A program made the position numbers and the translations under genes. Positions 11,401-22,022 of a DNA stretch of 64,000 nt are shown one piece after another (positions within the stretch are counted from its first letter, which is position 1; every line of letters starts with the position of its first letter). Below the pieces are notes generated by a model, which worked only from the letters and a program-made list of their open reading frames with translations, was not told the DNA's origin and did no database searches. Source of the stretch: Psilocybe cubensis (taxonomy: Eukaryota); contig CM039006.1 of the NCBI GenBank assembly GCA_017499595.2, positions 2,852,001 through 2,916,000 on the forward strand, in the 5' to 3' direction.

Positions 11401-13211
11401 TTAGATTTTACAGTTTGGGAACGAGGACAATTTCGTCCAATATGTCCCCGTTCGCCGCAACGATAACATTCAATTTCTGAATTAGAAGACCGTCCATTAT
11501 TATAACGGTAAGATTTTGAATTGTTTTCAGATTTGAATTCATTCGGTTTTGAACTGTTGAATCGGCCCTTTGAATCGTCAGGCTTCTCTTGATTGTCACG
11601 ACGAGCATCTTGACGATTGTCTCCCGAGTTACCTTTACTTTTTAGGTCATGATTTCGCTTGCTATTGAAATTATTTGAGCTTTGAGTACTCCTTCCATTT
11701 CGTTGTGAGTGTCTCTGATTGTTCTCAATTTGTTCTGCAATCTCATAGCGAGTAGCCACCTGAATCACCTCATCCCATGAGTTCTGTTCGTAGTCAAGGC
11801 CTTCTTTCCATAGCGCCGATTGTAGTTCGGGTCGTAGTCCATTCCACAAACGATCTACGCGTTGAGCGCTTGTTGATTTCCCAATTATCCTAAATAATAT
11901 CATGAGTTCTGCAGCAAATTCTGCAACTGTCATTGACCCTTGAGAAAAGTTTTCAAGCTTCTTTCGCTGTCTAAGGCGATAATCCGGCGGGAAACAGTAG
12001 TTGTACAGCTCAGTGAAGAATCTCTGTCGGTCATATTGCTCTACCGAAATGGAGACCATTGTAGAATAGAACTTGTAAGCCTTTCCTGCTAGATAATCTG
12101 CACATTTGACCACTTGATCTCTAGGGTGTAGTGCTGCTTCATCGCAGAATCGTTCGCATTGAGTTATGTACTTATAAAACTTCATGAAATCTGCCTCTCC
12201 ATGATATTTATCGGGTGCCGTTGGCGCCAGCGGTTTGTATCTTTGTGTTGAAGTCAAATTTCTCACGGTATCCAAAGGACCGAACTGTTGGGCGCTTATG
12301 TTTGCTTCGTCGTTGGTGGGAACACTAGGCCTGGGCTTGTGAAAGAACTGTCCGAGTAAGCTCTCGGGTGGTAGCTGATTGCTAGGGCGAATATTGTCCG
12401 CCTTAATTGCGTGCACGCGTTGACGTGCCGCTTGAGAAATCAACTCCTCAACGTCATGCGACATTGGAGTACTCGAAATGCCTCGAGGATTTCTATCCGG
12501 TTCTGTCCGGGTCTGGGCCTCGCTCTTTCTGCAATAGACCTCCTTGGCCTTCATGTAGAGTTGCTCCAGTTCACGGAACCGTAAGGTTTCCTCGTCATCG
12601 CCTTCCGGTTCATCAGATGAATTAATTTGAAATTTGTTATTTTCACGTGTATTCAAAATTTGTTGGTGGATTGCTTTCTGCACCTCAGGGTTCAATTCAC
12701 TCTCAGGGATGTCAATTGCACCCCAATTCAAAGGGTCTATACCCTTCCCTTTCGATGTACTAGCCTCTGGTTCTGGAGTATTTTCTTTGGAACCAATTAC
12801 ACTAGATTGCTGTTGCACTCCCAAGGCTCTTTCCAGAGTACTCAATCTACTCATTAAACTGTTAACCATCTCCTTAGTCTCACTTACAACTAGGTGAGCA
12901 TCCTTGATGGCAACCACCTCCTGTCTATTAGAGGTGGGATATACGCGTGTATCTAAGCTATGACTACGACGAATTCGCCTAGCTGCAGCGGCTGTGTTCG
13001 TCCCGGCCCCCCGGGGTTCATTCCCGTGGCCATTCCCAAAAGTTACACGCCGGTCATCCCGACCTCGCGTGTCCTCCTCATCGTGTTCGATGGGATCTTG
13101 CTGCTTCGAGGCAGCCGAACCTGGATTAGGTTCTGGGGAAACAGCATCTTTAGGGTGGTTACCCTTCAGCTGCTTTCCGCCCGTATTGCGTGTGGGATAT
13201 CTTCCCGACAT
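5484..13211 (-). CDS. Single-frame Gag-Pol polyprotein, 2575 aa (Gag, CCHC knuckle, aspartic protease, RT, RNase H, integrase, chromodomain, extra domains)
   Basis: CYRCGERGHIGRNC at 11427-11468; LIDTGS (DTG at 10227-10235); YLDD at 9270-9281; RNase H motifs TDAS/TDHK/SDALSR; integrase HHCC plus IDFVG/SDRD/DGATER; GPY motif; chromodomain EWAVQSILSH...FEVLWKSGDKSW at about 6510-6656. Confidence 0.97.
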   Translation of the reverse strand: MSGRYPTRNTGGKQLKGNHPKDAVSPEPNPGSAASKQQDPIEHDEEDTRGRDDRRVTFGNGHGNEPRGAGTNTAAAARRIRRSHSLDTRVYPTSNRQEVVAIKDAHLVVSETKEMVNSLMSRLSTLERALGVQQQSSVIGSKENTPEPEASTSKGKGIDPLNWGAIDIPESELNPEVQKAIHQQILNTRENNKFQINSSDEPEGDDEETLRFRELEQLYMKAKEVYCRKSEAQTRTEPDRNPRGISSTPMSHDVEELISQAARQRVHAIKADNIRPSNQLPPESLLGQFFHKPRPSVPTNDEANISAQQFGPLDTVRNLTSTQRYKPLAPTAPDKYHGEADFMKFYKYITQCERFCDEAALHPRDQVVKCADYLAGKAYKFYSTMVSISVEQYDRQRFFTELYNYCFPPDYRLRQRKKLENFSQGSMTVAEFAAELMILFRIIGKSTSAQRVDRLWNGLRPELQSALWKEGLDYEQNSWDEVIQVATRYEIAEQIENNQRHSQRNGRSTQSSNNFNSKRNHDLKSKGNSGDNRQDARRDNQEKPDDSKGRFNSSKPNEFKSENNSKSYRYNNGRSSNSEIECYRCGERGHIGRNCPRSQTVKSKYNNGKPPGVKSFNIEVAVGNENALSALENTTEQAIDSHCMQVDMGMCGIAEDEFDEPDQASKAAISFDEAARNLYDPNEGKWTDGELGNPLCELVKHQLESMRPYPGDPSWESRELDRFYVYPTDGGQKLVVLDSVTCEDELLDVGQVLRPDFLIGRWYAIKRTQQTRLRVKPIRRWFRRTPKFNIWEANAAWKLSVGRSFAHFLAVSKAARRRKTSRFGVHYNKDTDGYIIIDWNTHLHFEVPASDMENPKLNIRDWFHRKISKYFSRWYNEVYCENFTDFFDLRCLFDPQSQEGEEYEQFLEDLIEDYTSDESGSMSDTETNTSDDETTTDKVKQIYVELSAQQPEEQSIPAAQRNSAKIKDPSRIVPDPIVIVVDIAGRPARALIDTGSLCDFMSSTLADQLRLKREELGTPLVVQLAVLGSRSKVNYKVQSQITYQGIKEQRSFDIINLSSYDLILGTPFIYQHQVMVGLNPTRVIVGSKESLPVKGTAVRTLQSRSARLREENLDEIRDYLREQAAPLCKTAAETPLPPLRVINHKIDLIDETLQYPWRPTRCPEAFMDQWVEKRNAYLKTGRWEITNSRNTVPMLFIPKPAKPGEPAKLRTVDDLRARNQNTRKLTSPLPDIDGIMRRVSSKPYRSMIDLKDAYEQVRIEPNDVWKTAFSTPNGNMVSHVIQQGDCNAPATFQSLMNHIFSPYIGKFLDVYLDDIVIYSDTIEDHIKHVTIVLDILKKEKFYLSANKLDFLCKRVKILGRIVDDDGIQMDPHKVDALLKWKVPTNRDLLRGFLGAASYLADDIESIRIPMGVLHTLTSKEVPFRWEPTHQRAFEEIKQRANRFRDHHRRPLDYSEGAPPINMITDASITGVAGVISQGEDWKNASVAAFYSAKLSPAQQNYPVHEVEMLAGLETMMRYRDLLLGVKFRWYTDHKGLVTLLNHRDVERTSNGRRARWLEQLGMFNFEVIYVPGTENILSDALSRIYSNDAPGTVRAPSEYTEYDDIEEIDSRAHAMELIAAPVLVGMEAVCSAVVNPNFIGRRSKTARERPGAETGRLETSEEFASRMKNFFTLLGPQPVTEGAAKQSGSKERLVIRIPARKKLPTDESLAPQDVVSPENPSVNFDRDNVIEPNNNSLNFYLENMGGIDVVNEIKGHYKDDLFFGPISKAPSDFKNFEVDMTSGLMYLKQDNKKLLCIPDVRLPGSGQSLREVIITEAHSLLAHLGARKTYTHLRDNVWWKSMAKDIEVFCDSCPTCKQTKDSHTKPYGLLNPLDLPRRPWESIGIDFVGPLPTSRNRDASFDMIVVIIDLFSGMVHLVPGCTDYKARDVAELVFAEVYKHHGLPSSIVSDRDKWFTSHFWEELHKLIGTKLKMSSAYHPQTDGATERANKTIGQMLRQCISPNQKDWVVRLPAIEFAINSARSESTGFAPFFLNTGRMPRSFIWESNRPVEYPGVKVFANRMKASIMQAHDSLIASRVKYIRNANRKRVPAPFKVDDFVYISTKNISIPKGLSLKLTPRFLGPYKITEAFGNNSYRVDISPNLRKRGVHDVFHSSLLRVHVPNDDRLFPGRLDTQIFFPHEDLEGEWAVQSILSHNGEGINAAFEVLWKSGDKSWLPYTEIKHLHAFEEYLDAKGAKNILELSREIQDHAPDDPQIFTGLIEFEMDIGELEYINTGTKTHTGNTMSQPTLSVSTQPNAIPVEQQMHNLNIAAGSEQTQASTSTASNESNAMIIQDTHDQPHNTQSVSEGNPPSQPSVNDQNASNSSKFRFVRIFMVANFSTHHPVSLGVDPAISSLFDFTRDHYGRPFQINFPMAGSLVLFRLSRFEYGILDPNRVIHSVHAAQLKKFIAFAYRVLKPDANPSLFMPVGYPEFVTYLHQDASPDVRLTTFNNMGGIATTPRLPRFPLDIPFPTDREIENAIEMAASFGNSRHMKTVNNIILNQAAAATKAGRHNPYNTHRPQKKSHSVGMPGGRM

Positions 13212-13373
13212 CCTGATATGACGATGGTAAGTACAAAAATGAGTTCAACGGCGTCGCACCTGGTATCCTCGGGTGATCAAACCAAGGGGTAACCAAAGGG
13301 TTATCGTCGTCGAAGTCGAGTAAGAGCGCGAGAGTAGTAAACGAAGATAGAGTAGAGCGTGAAGTCAAAAATA

Positions 13374-13604
13374 TGTGACGGGGCGCAGTTTCCCACGAGT
13401 CCCGACACACTCGAGCCTCAAACAGACTGGATAAATCACTCTATTCAAAGCTGGGGCTATTCTTCGTATACTACTGTACTTATATACTCTAGAACTACCT
13501 ACGTAATGAATATTATTCTAGCATTTGAAATATCTAAGTGAGTGATAAGACAAAGCAAACAGATAATCAAAGGTCGTTACCTTTTCGGTAACGACTCCGT
13601 CACA
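13374..13604 (-). repeat. 5' LTR (231 bp)
   Basis: Reads identical to 5258-5488; contains a minus-strand TATATAA near 13480-13486. Confidence 0.97.
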
Positions 13605-15218
13605 ATCATGTCATTCTTACCTGGTCACGACATATTCAAGATGGCAGCCCTTCTATGACACCGATAAAACAAATCCATGTGAAAGACTTTCTAACGATGC
13701 CGGCCAGCGCGTGTGGGCACCCAAAAGGCGACTTTTCACTTTGTTTGATATACATGCATAATGGAAAGGGACTTACGTACTGGGACATCTGTTTACCCAT
13801 TGCTTCATCGTCTGTGAAAATGCTGGTGATTTTACGTTCTCCTGAACTAAATTAACAAGATTTCGGTTGCCTTTGCCAATGTCGATGAATCACCTTCAAT
13901 AGTTGCATCAAGTGATTCTCTTTTCTCCTGCAGCATGCACCGACGCGACCTTAGATTCGCTTGCAGGATTAACCGTCGCATCTAACAGGCAAATATTGAA
14001 AATGTGCGGATTGTCCTGTGGGCGGTAAATAAACGAGGCTTCCGACCATCCTACAGTCAGTTGAGAGTCGGAGACGTGGCATTTTGGACCATAATAAGTG
14101 AAAAGTAGAAGAAATGCTAGGAGCCTTGCGTAGCCTAAGCTAAGGGACACGCTCGCATTACTAGTATGGTGGTTATTAGTTAAAAGCAAGTTTAGGGAGA
14201 TCTCGAATTTTTTGATGGTAATAATTTGATGAAGCAGAAATTTTAATTAACGTTTATTTTCAGCAACATGCCGAAACCTGAAAAATATCAATAAGTATGC
14301 CAAATCTGGATACACATTTTGACTCCGCAACATGCCGACTGACGGCAAAAGTTAAACGCTGATAATAGATTAAGAGACAGATTTTTAGAGAATGTCAAGA
14401 ATGTTTTCTTTACAGAGATTGAAAACCAAACGGCATATGTTAAGATAATTAGAAGAAATCAGTGGTAAGGCTTCATTATACTGATATTCCTGAACTCTCG
14501 GCGCAATCTTGAAAGCGAGTGTTAGTTTGACACGTGCAAGCAACTTTCAAGCTTCCAATTCTAGCATCGCCTGGAGGGTCTTTTGCGGAACTAAGAACAC
14601 CAATCTGCCATACTGAACCTCCGATTTTGATCCAGCATTTATACCCTTCAGGTATTTTTTTCTCGTGGTGATGCAGGTGTAAGCCCAGGACAGGCAGATG
14701 CCAAGGCTCAATCACGAAAAAAAATCCTGTATCAAATCAAAGTGACCATGGTGCGTTGTCTTCCACCGTTGCATGTAAGTGTTAGAGAAGTTGAATTAAA
14801 TCAGCAAATGCATCACTACTACCCTCTGAGCGATCATGATTACTGGTTTTACAATCCGCAATGTAAATCAAGGTTTCCTGATTTTGGGCTTCTACTTGAG
14901 GGCCCTCAAAAATTTCCCGTAAAGAGCGGCTTGAATAGTTGGAAGTGTCTAGCCAGTATGCCGGCAGAATTCATCGCTTACTATGTTTAGTCTGGTTTCT
15001 TGCCCTGTGGCATACATTCTATTTATAGGGTAGTTTCTGTAATTGAAAGGCTTGAAACACACCTCCGGGTAGACGGAGAGATAAACTGACAACTGTTTTA
15101 AGATCCTGCGGTTTACAAGTGATTGTCGCTTCAGCCACTACGCGTTCTTGCGGTCTAGATTATATATATTAGGCCCCTCACCATTGTAGTCTACGCTTTC
15201 CCCGTCACCCTCTCGGAA

Positions 15219-17209
15219 ATGCCCAATACACCGGTGGAATGGTATGTTGACAGAAATGCTGTTGGATTGGAAGATTTAACAAAGGTTAGGGCGGTGTGAG
15301 TTCATATATATATACATTTTAAACCACCATTGCCTAATGATGTTTGCAGATATGGGCCTATGCAGATAGGCTCATCCCTCGGGTTGATTTTATTCGGGGT
15401 GAGCTACCCACTAGTTCTGTCTACAAGCATAAGTTAAGCGTAGGATTCCATTCATGATAGACCTTGATCTCACAGGTGAGGCCGAGCATGTTTATCATTG
15501 CTGAGGTTCCTCTAATTTCTATCTCGATTTCTAGATATATAACTACTATACGACAACACCAAAGTTAGCATTGGAATTTGCTTCTTGAGACTTACCTTAT
15601 CTAACAGACCATTTAAATATACAGAGATCTTCGAATAATCAGAATCCTCGTAGGCTTTTGAGTACTACATCCTGATTGACTATTGTGTACTAAGTTCTTT
15701 CGTAAGGTGATTTATCTGGCCATCGTTGAAGGGATTCACTCTGCTTGCGAAATACTTATTGTCTATGAACCTCTGGTACTAGGCTTCGGTAATATTTGTG
15801 CTGCTACTGAATAACACCCACATAGCTCACCCCAAGTTCTATGACGTCCAGGCGAAATTTCAGTGGTACATAAATACCCTAAAGGTACGGATCCCGACTT
15901 GGATAGATTATCTCTCATCGCTGACGTATATAAATGAAAAAGCCCTGCCTGCCCGTGAGTACATCTCCCCTTGTGTGCCGTATCCAATAATAAATCAACA
16001 GGCAACTCGGCAAAGAATCGATTACGATTGTACGGTCCCATCATCTTACGATCATATACACTCGGTGACAGTGCTTTTCAGGTGGCAATTTCAACCCCTA
16101 TTCAATTTTTTCTCGCCTGGAGAATTAAAATACTACAAGGATCAACCTTGATTCCAGCAATCATATGCGTCTTGTCGACCATATCATTAGGTACGAAGAA
16201 CGTCCGTGTTAATCAGCCTCTTTTGAAATTTCCCTTTAGTAGGAGGCCTCTGGACAGGTATAGGAGTTGCTATAGCAAGGGTCTATGCGACGAGCGCCCA
16301 AAGATACGCCCCTGTATATATGTGGCTTCTGAGTACCGCTACGGCAGACATTTTGATCACTGCATCGCTTTCATGGAGTCTGGTAACTTCTTTATTTCCA
16401 GTTTATAGACTTCGACCAATCACCCAGTTTTCAGTGGCAGCGCAGGTCCGGGCTACCGTCATCTAAAGCGGTTATCAGCCGTATTATCATCTGTGAGTCT
16501 CCCTAAGAGCTGCTCTAAGAAATAAACTCATGAGCTGTCAAAGTTACAATCCAAACTGGTGTGGTAATGTCAGGAACAGCCTATTTAACTGAATAAAGTG
16601 TAGCTGATGAAATTATATAAAGGTCTTTCCTCGCCATCGCCGATGTGGTCTTCCTTGTCTGTCTCCCAGTGAGTTTTACTTAGCATCGTCTTTGCGATTG
16701 TTTGAGTGCTGATTGCTGGTCTGAGTAAAGGAAATTACACTGTGAGTCGGCTTATTAAGGCATGTAGGTTGGCTGATTGACATCTCCATGATCATCAACT
16801 CAGAAACTGGATTTTCGAAGCCGTGTTAGCAAAAATATACGCTATCCAGCTGCTTAGTACGCTAAATGTAAGCGCATATATTTCAAGCCGAACCTAGTTC
16901 ACTATGTCTAATTTGCTTCCCATAGGCTCGAGATTCACTGAATAAAGTCTGGGATGACCAGCTCAATAAATTCTGTCTCGAAGCAGGAAGCAATGTAAGT
17001 CATCATGGTGGCAAATCCTTTTCTCCAATTCACGCCGTTAATGTAACAGTTTGTTGTATCTATGGAACCCGTGAGTCCACTTGTCATTACTACCTTTTTA
17101 GGTCCAACAAAATGATATCTAGAACATTGCCACGCCGGATTCAGGGAGTACATTTGAAGCGGTGTTATCAACACGGCAGCCTACAGGTTCACCCAAAATT
17201 GGTGTCTAA
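15219..17209 (+). CDS. Multi-exon multi-pass membrane protein (DUF6534-like agaricomycete family); 3' end approximate
   Basis: Spliced exons read YGPMQIGSSLGLILFG/TLISQ/IYNYY, QFFLAWRIKIL, WLLSTATADILITASLSWSL, TIQTG and LAKIYAIQLLSTLN. A TATA-like sequence lies near 15161. Confidence 0.75.
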
Positions 17210-19062
17210 GGACATCTTCAATTGTATATTTATGTATCTACTTTTATGTATATTTTATTACCGTAGTATAATGACTTACTCGAAGGGCATCCGATAGGAA
17301 ATTGTTCCGTGGTTCTCCCGAGAAATCTATTTTCCAGAGCCTTTTGACCTTTTGAATGAAAAAAAAGCATAGTCGTAATGAAGTGTTCCTATCCTGACGG
17401 TGAGTTTGTGTCAAAATTTTCGCCGTTGGCGGTTGGCCACCTCGGCCCCGGCCACGACCCTTGAGCGCGCTCTATTTATACTACTTTCCACAATTTAAAT
17501 TATATGGATAGAAAGAAGCCAACTGCCGCGAGCAGCGATCACCACGTATCTGTGTTAATCCCGGACTCTCGGAAAGGAAGTCTGAGCGACAGATGGGGCT
17601 ACCCTCTAAATCTGATTCACCCATTTCCGGGCGGCACGATAAATTATTCCAGTTACATATTTGTGGTGGTCAGCGGTTGTGATCGTGAAAAAGTTACGGT
17701 AGCGACTTCGATCGTGGAAGAGGCGAGGTAGAAAATCGAGTTGTCTCTGTATTCCAATTTCGAACTGCGACCACACCTCCTGTAAAGGAGGGTGCTGTCA
17801 ACGGCTTCGAAATGAAAGCAGCCCTGCGTCTTTTTCTGCACATTCCATTACGCATGTGTTGGATGCGAAGTGTAGCCGTCGGCGCAGTCAAGGTCCATCG
17901 ATACCACCACTGTCATCGACTTCCGGTCGCTTTACTCTGCAAATGGGGCGCCCTAAATATAATTAAAAGTCTTTTATGTGAAAGCCATAAATCTTTCAAG
18001 GATAATCAAAGCGGAGATCAACTTTTATATTTGAATATAAACCAACCTCTTTACTTCATCGTGCATTAGTTTGAAGTGCTAATGAATAGATATGGCTGTA
18101 TTTTAATAGATCCATTCCAGTCACTGTAAACCATATCAGCGTACTTTTAGAGACTCACGCAAGGCATATTGATATTGCTTCATAGATGGTAACACACATC
18201 TATAAAGACCACCAATAATTTCCGTTAATGGTCCATTTAATCGTTGAGATAAAACTTAAAAGTTGCTACGGAAAGTACGAACCTGGTGGCGTAGTAATAG
18301 AAGAAGGATCCGAAGTTCTAGAAACTTGACTTGATCAAAGCACTACAAGCGCTCGCAAAACTTATTCCAGTACAGGTTCAGAGTATTGGGAAAGATGCAA
18401 TTCCACACGTGTTCGGTCTGGTCACGCTTTTGTCTCGCAGGAGTCGTAGAAGGTGCTGGAGCGACTTCCACTAGTCTTTAGACACCAACCATCCTGAAAA
18501 TAGGAGCATAAGCACGCGCCTCCGACTTAATAGCTTAATCAAAAAGCTTACCGCAACGCGAAGCGCATAAACATTTTATCACGTTCTATTCATACCATGC
18601 TTATAAACCTTTAGCTTCATGCCCACTCATTGCCCTCCACGGCCAACTTCCGCTTTCTCACTCTGGGAGTCAGTAGTCTATGCACAATGCCACGATCCTG
18701 TGTAACGAGCCCCTGCAATGCGTAAGGTAAGACATGCGCTGGGACTCATGACCCATGGTTTCCTGGCTTTCGCAGCAGCGGCTTCAGCACCACGGGAGAC
18801 CGACCATAAGTTTGAAATTGGATTCTGGAGCGAATTTCCATTGAGTCAATCGACTAATATAACCCATTCTGTGGCGCGTGGTATCTATATAAAAGGAAAA
18901 GCTGCTATATCCTGTGAGATAATTCTACTCAAATCGACTTCGTCCCACTTGCCTGAAGCATAGCCAAGGTCACATTCGCTCTCCATCTTGCACTTGCATC
19001 AATACATAAACAACGCTCTGAAGAAAGCAAATCCACACAGTCAGCGATACAATTTGCATAGC

Positions 19063-19942
19063 ATGCCCATCGTCAAAATCAGTACATGGCAGGTCTCCGA
19101 GGCGCACATCGCAGACTCGACCCTCTGGACGTCACTCGCGCAGGAGATTGGTCAGGCGCCAGGGTGTCTAGGGTATGTAGTCACCCTGGCCACCAAACCT
19201 AATCAAACAATCCATTGACATTTGCTGTTGCATTTTTTAGGGTGTACTCTGGAATCGCTGAGGAGGATGGGAAGAGGTTCCACAGTTTCGTAGGTGCGCC
19301 TGTCTCCTTGTTTGTTCATTCGTTCTTCATCCTGTGATTCATTTCTTATTCAACCAAATCTTCCTTTCTCTCCGACACCCGCCGAACTGCACTGAACTGA
19401 ACACACAGTATGGGAATCCCTCGGGCATTACGATTCCTTCAGCAACTCTCCAGGCTTTGGCACGCTCCTTACTGCCTTCGAGCAAGTACGCTCTGGGCCA
19501 TCCCAGTCGTACTTTGTTGCATTTAACCAGGATTTCATCCCGGCACTTAGCGCACCAACGACAGAGATCCTACGAATGAGCATTCTGGACGGTAAGTCCA
19601 CTGAGGATCTGGAGAGCATTGTGGGGACGATCAAGGGAAGGATCGACTCTGGGAATGAGAAGTTTGCGCCAGTAGCGTGGGGCCCGATTGTCAAGAATCA
19701 GGAGGGTGAGGACGGGAAGCAATTCTACTTGGTCATTGGTTGGGAGAGTGTCAAGGTTAGTCGCATGTGTTATTTGGTTTTGAAGAGTGCGGTTGATTAA
19801 TTGGAATGTATTTGAATTCGGATGTGTGTATTAGGCGCATGTTGATTTTGTGACGGAGGCATCATTTGTGCCATTGATTGATAGTTTGAAGGAGACGGCG
19901 GCGCTGGAGATGTTCCACTCGCATCTGACGAGGAACGTATGA
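19063..19942 (+). CDS. Dimeric alpha-beta barrel (ABM-like, two-repeat) protein, 4 exons
   Basis: MPIVKISTW...APGCLG/VYSGIAEEDG, with paired VWESLGHY and IGWESVKAH motifs; canonical introns; TGA at 19940-19942. Confidence 0.8.
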
Positions 19943-20119
19943 ATGTATAACGGGAGGGCCCTTGAGATAGTCTCAGCAGGCCCGAAACAAGGACGTAAAT
20001 TATAAGACATGCAGAATTGATTAAATCTCATTGATACTTTGGTATAAGAAACAAATGTCCTGCAATTCGTCATCGTCAGCCAAGAAAATAACTTGAATGA
20101 ATTGGAAGAAGACGCACAA

Positions 20120-20736
20120 CTACATCCTCTTGTCCGCTGTCCCGATCTTACGCTTCACCTGACGCGCCGCTTTCTTTTTCCCTGACAGCTTTCCGCTCCG
20201 CGCTTTCTTCTTCTTAGGCTTGACAACTGGTTTAGGAGGATTAGTTGGCTCCGGCAGTGCACCGCGCAGTCTTATCCGCCCGTCCTTCAACGTCTCTGTG
20301 ATGATGGGGCTTGCAGCAGGTCTAAACTTATGTTCCTTTGAGTATCTAGTATAACATGAAGCTGAAGTTGAGATAATAGTGACGTATGGACAAAAAGAGA
20401 TATATACCGAGATGCATAGATGATCTTGGGCTTCTTGCTTTCCTGCCACGATCGACGCAGCAAGAATCCTATCCACAGAAGTGCCGCCAAGAAGACGAGA
20501 AGAATTAGGCGCTTACGAGACGTGACTTCATTGTTGCCTTGCGCAACTTCATACTGTTCGACCTCGTCGTCCGACGGTAACGACGAGGTGTCCCGCGAGG
20601 ATAGGGGTTGTGAATCTTCGTTCGAGTCGAAGTCATCCTCATCGTAATCATCTTCTAGTTTAATAGGATCTTCTTGTTCGATGTCCAACACATCAGCAGT
20701 TTCCGGGCGTTTTTCGTCGTTGTCCGATTTCGACAT
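20120..20736 (-). CDS. Hypothetical single-pass membrane protein, 2 exons
   Basis: Acidic N-terminus, TM segment LILLVFLAALLWIGFLL, then KIIYASR/YSKEHKFRPAASPIITETLKDGR across an intron at about 20347-20407; basic tail. Confidence 0.8.
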
Positions 20737-20920
20737 AGGTTTTGGTGGTTAACGGGGGCAAAGGGTCCGATGACAACCTAGTCACGCGTAATGTCGGAGA
20801 TTACATCGGACATGAATAGAACCTCGGGATGAGCTGCCGGGGGGCGGCCCACTCTGCCTTGGCATGACTTTCAAGGCTCGTGCACCAGAACGCGGAAAAA
20901 GAAAACCTAGTACGTAGAAT

Positions 20921-21572
20921 GGTTTTCCGTTCATAGGAGTGGGTGTCCCAAACAAATGACCAAAAAATGGAGACAAAAAGAGAGAGACTCGCAATGCTTT
21001 ATTTCTGTCAAAATTTTGAAGAGAAATGAGTTGAAAGTGCTTGACAATATGTACGGATTGTCACAAATACAAATTTTGTTAAATACCGTGTGAAACGAGA
21101 GGCTAATTTTCAAAAATTTCGCGCTGACGCGCGTCCAAGAAGTAGTCTACATAAATATGTATCTGTTACTTTGTCTGTACTCTGAGTTTCTATAATAATT
21201 TTTGCCTGGGTATCATGTAATGTACATATAATTCATAATATTACCCGAAGAGCCTCAAAAAACCAAACCAGAATGCCCGTCGAGCGTGAATTGAATGCGC
21301 AAGTGCGCAAATGTGGCTGTGTTACGGCACCTCGGCTGGCAGATAACATTGAGCGTGGCAGATAACATCCAGACGAATTCTACTAAATTGATTGCACTTA
21401 CTCAAAATTTAAAGGCACTGATGTGTATATACGCTTTCTACATGCTTGAATATATAATTTGAAGTGAAATCCATCCAAGGTTTTATGGTGAAAATTTTGA
21501 AAAGGGCAAGCTCGGGTTCTGCCGGGCAGATAACATGGCAGATAACATACCCACACCTATGATCGGTAAACC
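20921..21572. mobile_element. Putative ~650-bp MITE
   Basis: 24-bp imperfect inverted termini (GGTTTTCCGTTCATAGGAGTGGGT vs reverse complement GGTTTACCGATCATAGGTGTGGGT, 3 mismatches), four internal GGCAGATAACAT copies and no coding capacity. Confidence 0.5.
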
Positions 21573-22022
21573 CGTAAGCGTAGAATGACCAATCTACATA
21601 CGGTGAATACTACTCCACCATGGACCAGAAATGAATAAAATAAGTGTTGCCTGCTTTCCACTATGCCATCTGGCCCCTGAACCTCTCCGTCCGTGTCTCC
21701 CCCTGTTCCCTAGTCTCTCGTAGACAGACCATGTACTGTTCCCTCCCCCATCAACCTGTGTTTGGAAGTTGCAATCAAACTACCCACAAAACCCACAAAC
21801 GGTGGATATGGGAAAATACTGTTATTGGGAGTAAGTGGCTAGGACGCTGTATTGTAATGACTAGTGTTGTGCAATGAGGCAAATTTTGGGAAAATTGTGT
21901 TGCTCCTCACAGTTTCGCTCACAGCTCGCCTAGCTGTGAGCAAGGAATTGAATTGAGATGCTCAACTTGGTTATCCATGTAATGTTACAGAGGATTTTTC
22001 ACGATTAACAAACTTATTGTCA

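Larger units (their letters stand above)
5258..13604 (-). mobile_element. Full-length Ty3/Gypsy LTR retrotransposon, chromovirus type
   Basis: Two 231-bp direct LTRs (TGTGACGG...CCGTCACA), a 5-bp TSD ATCAT at 5253-5257 and 13605-13609, and an internal gag-pol ORF in PR-RT-RH-IN-chromodomain order. Confidence 0.98.
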
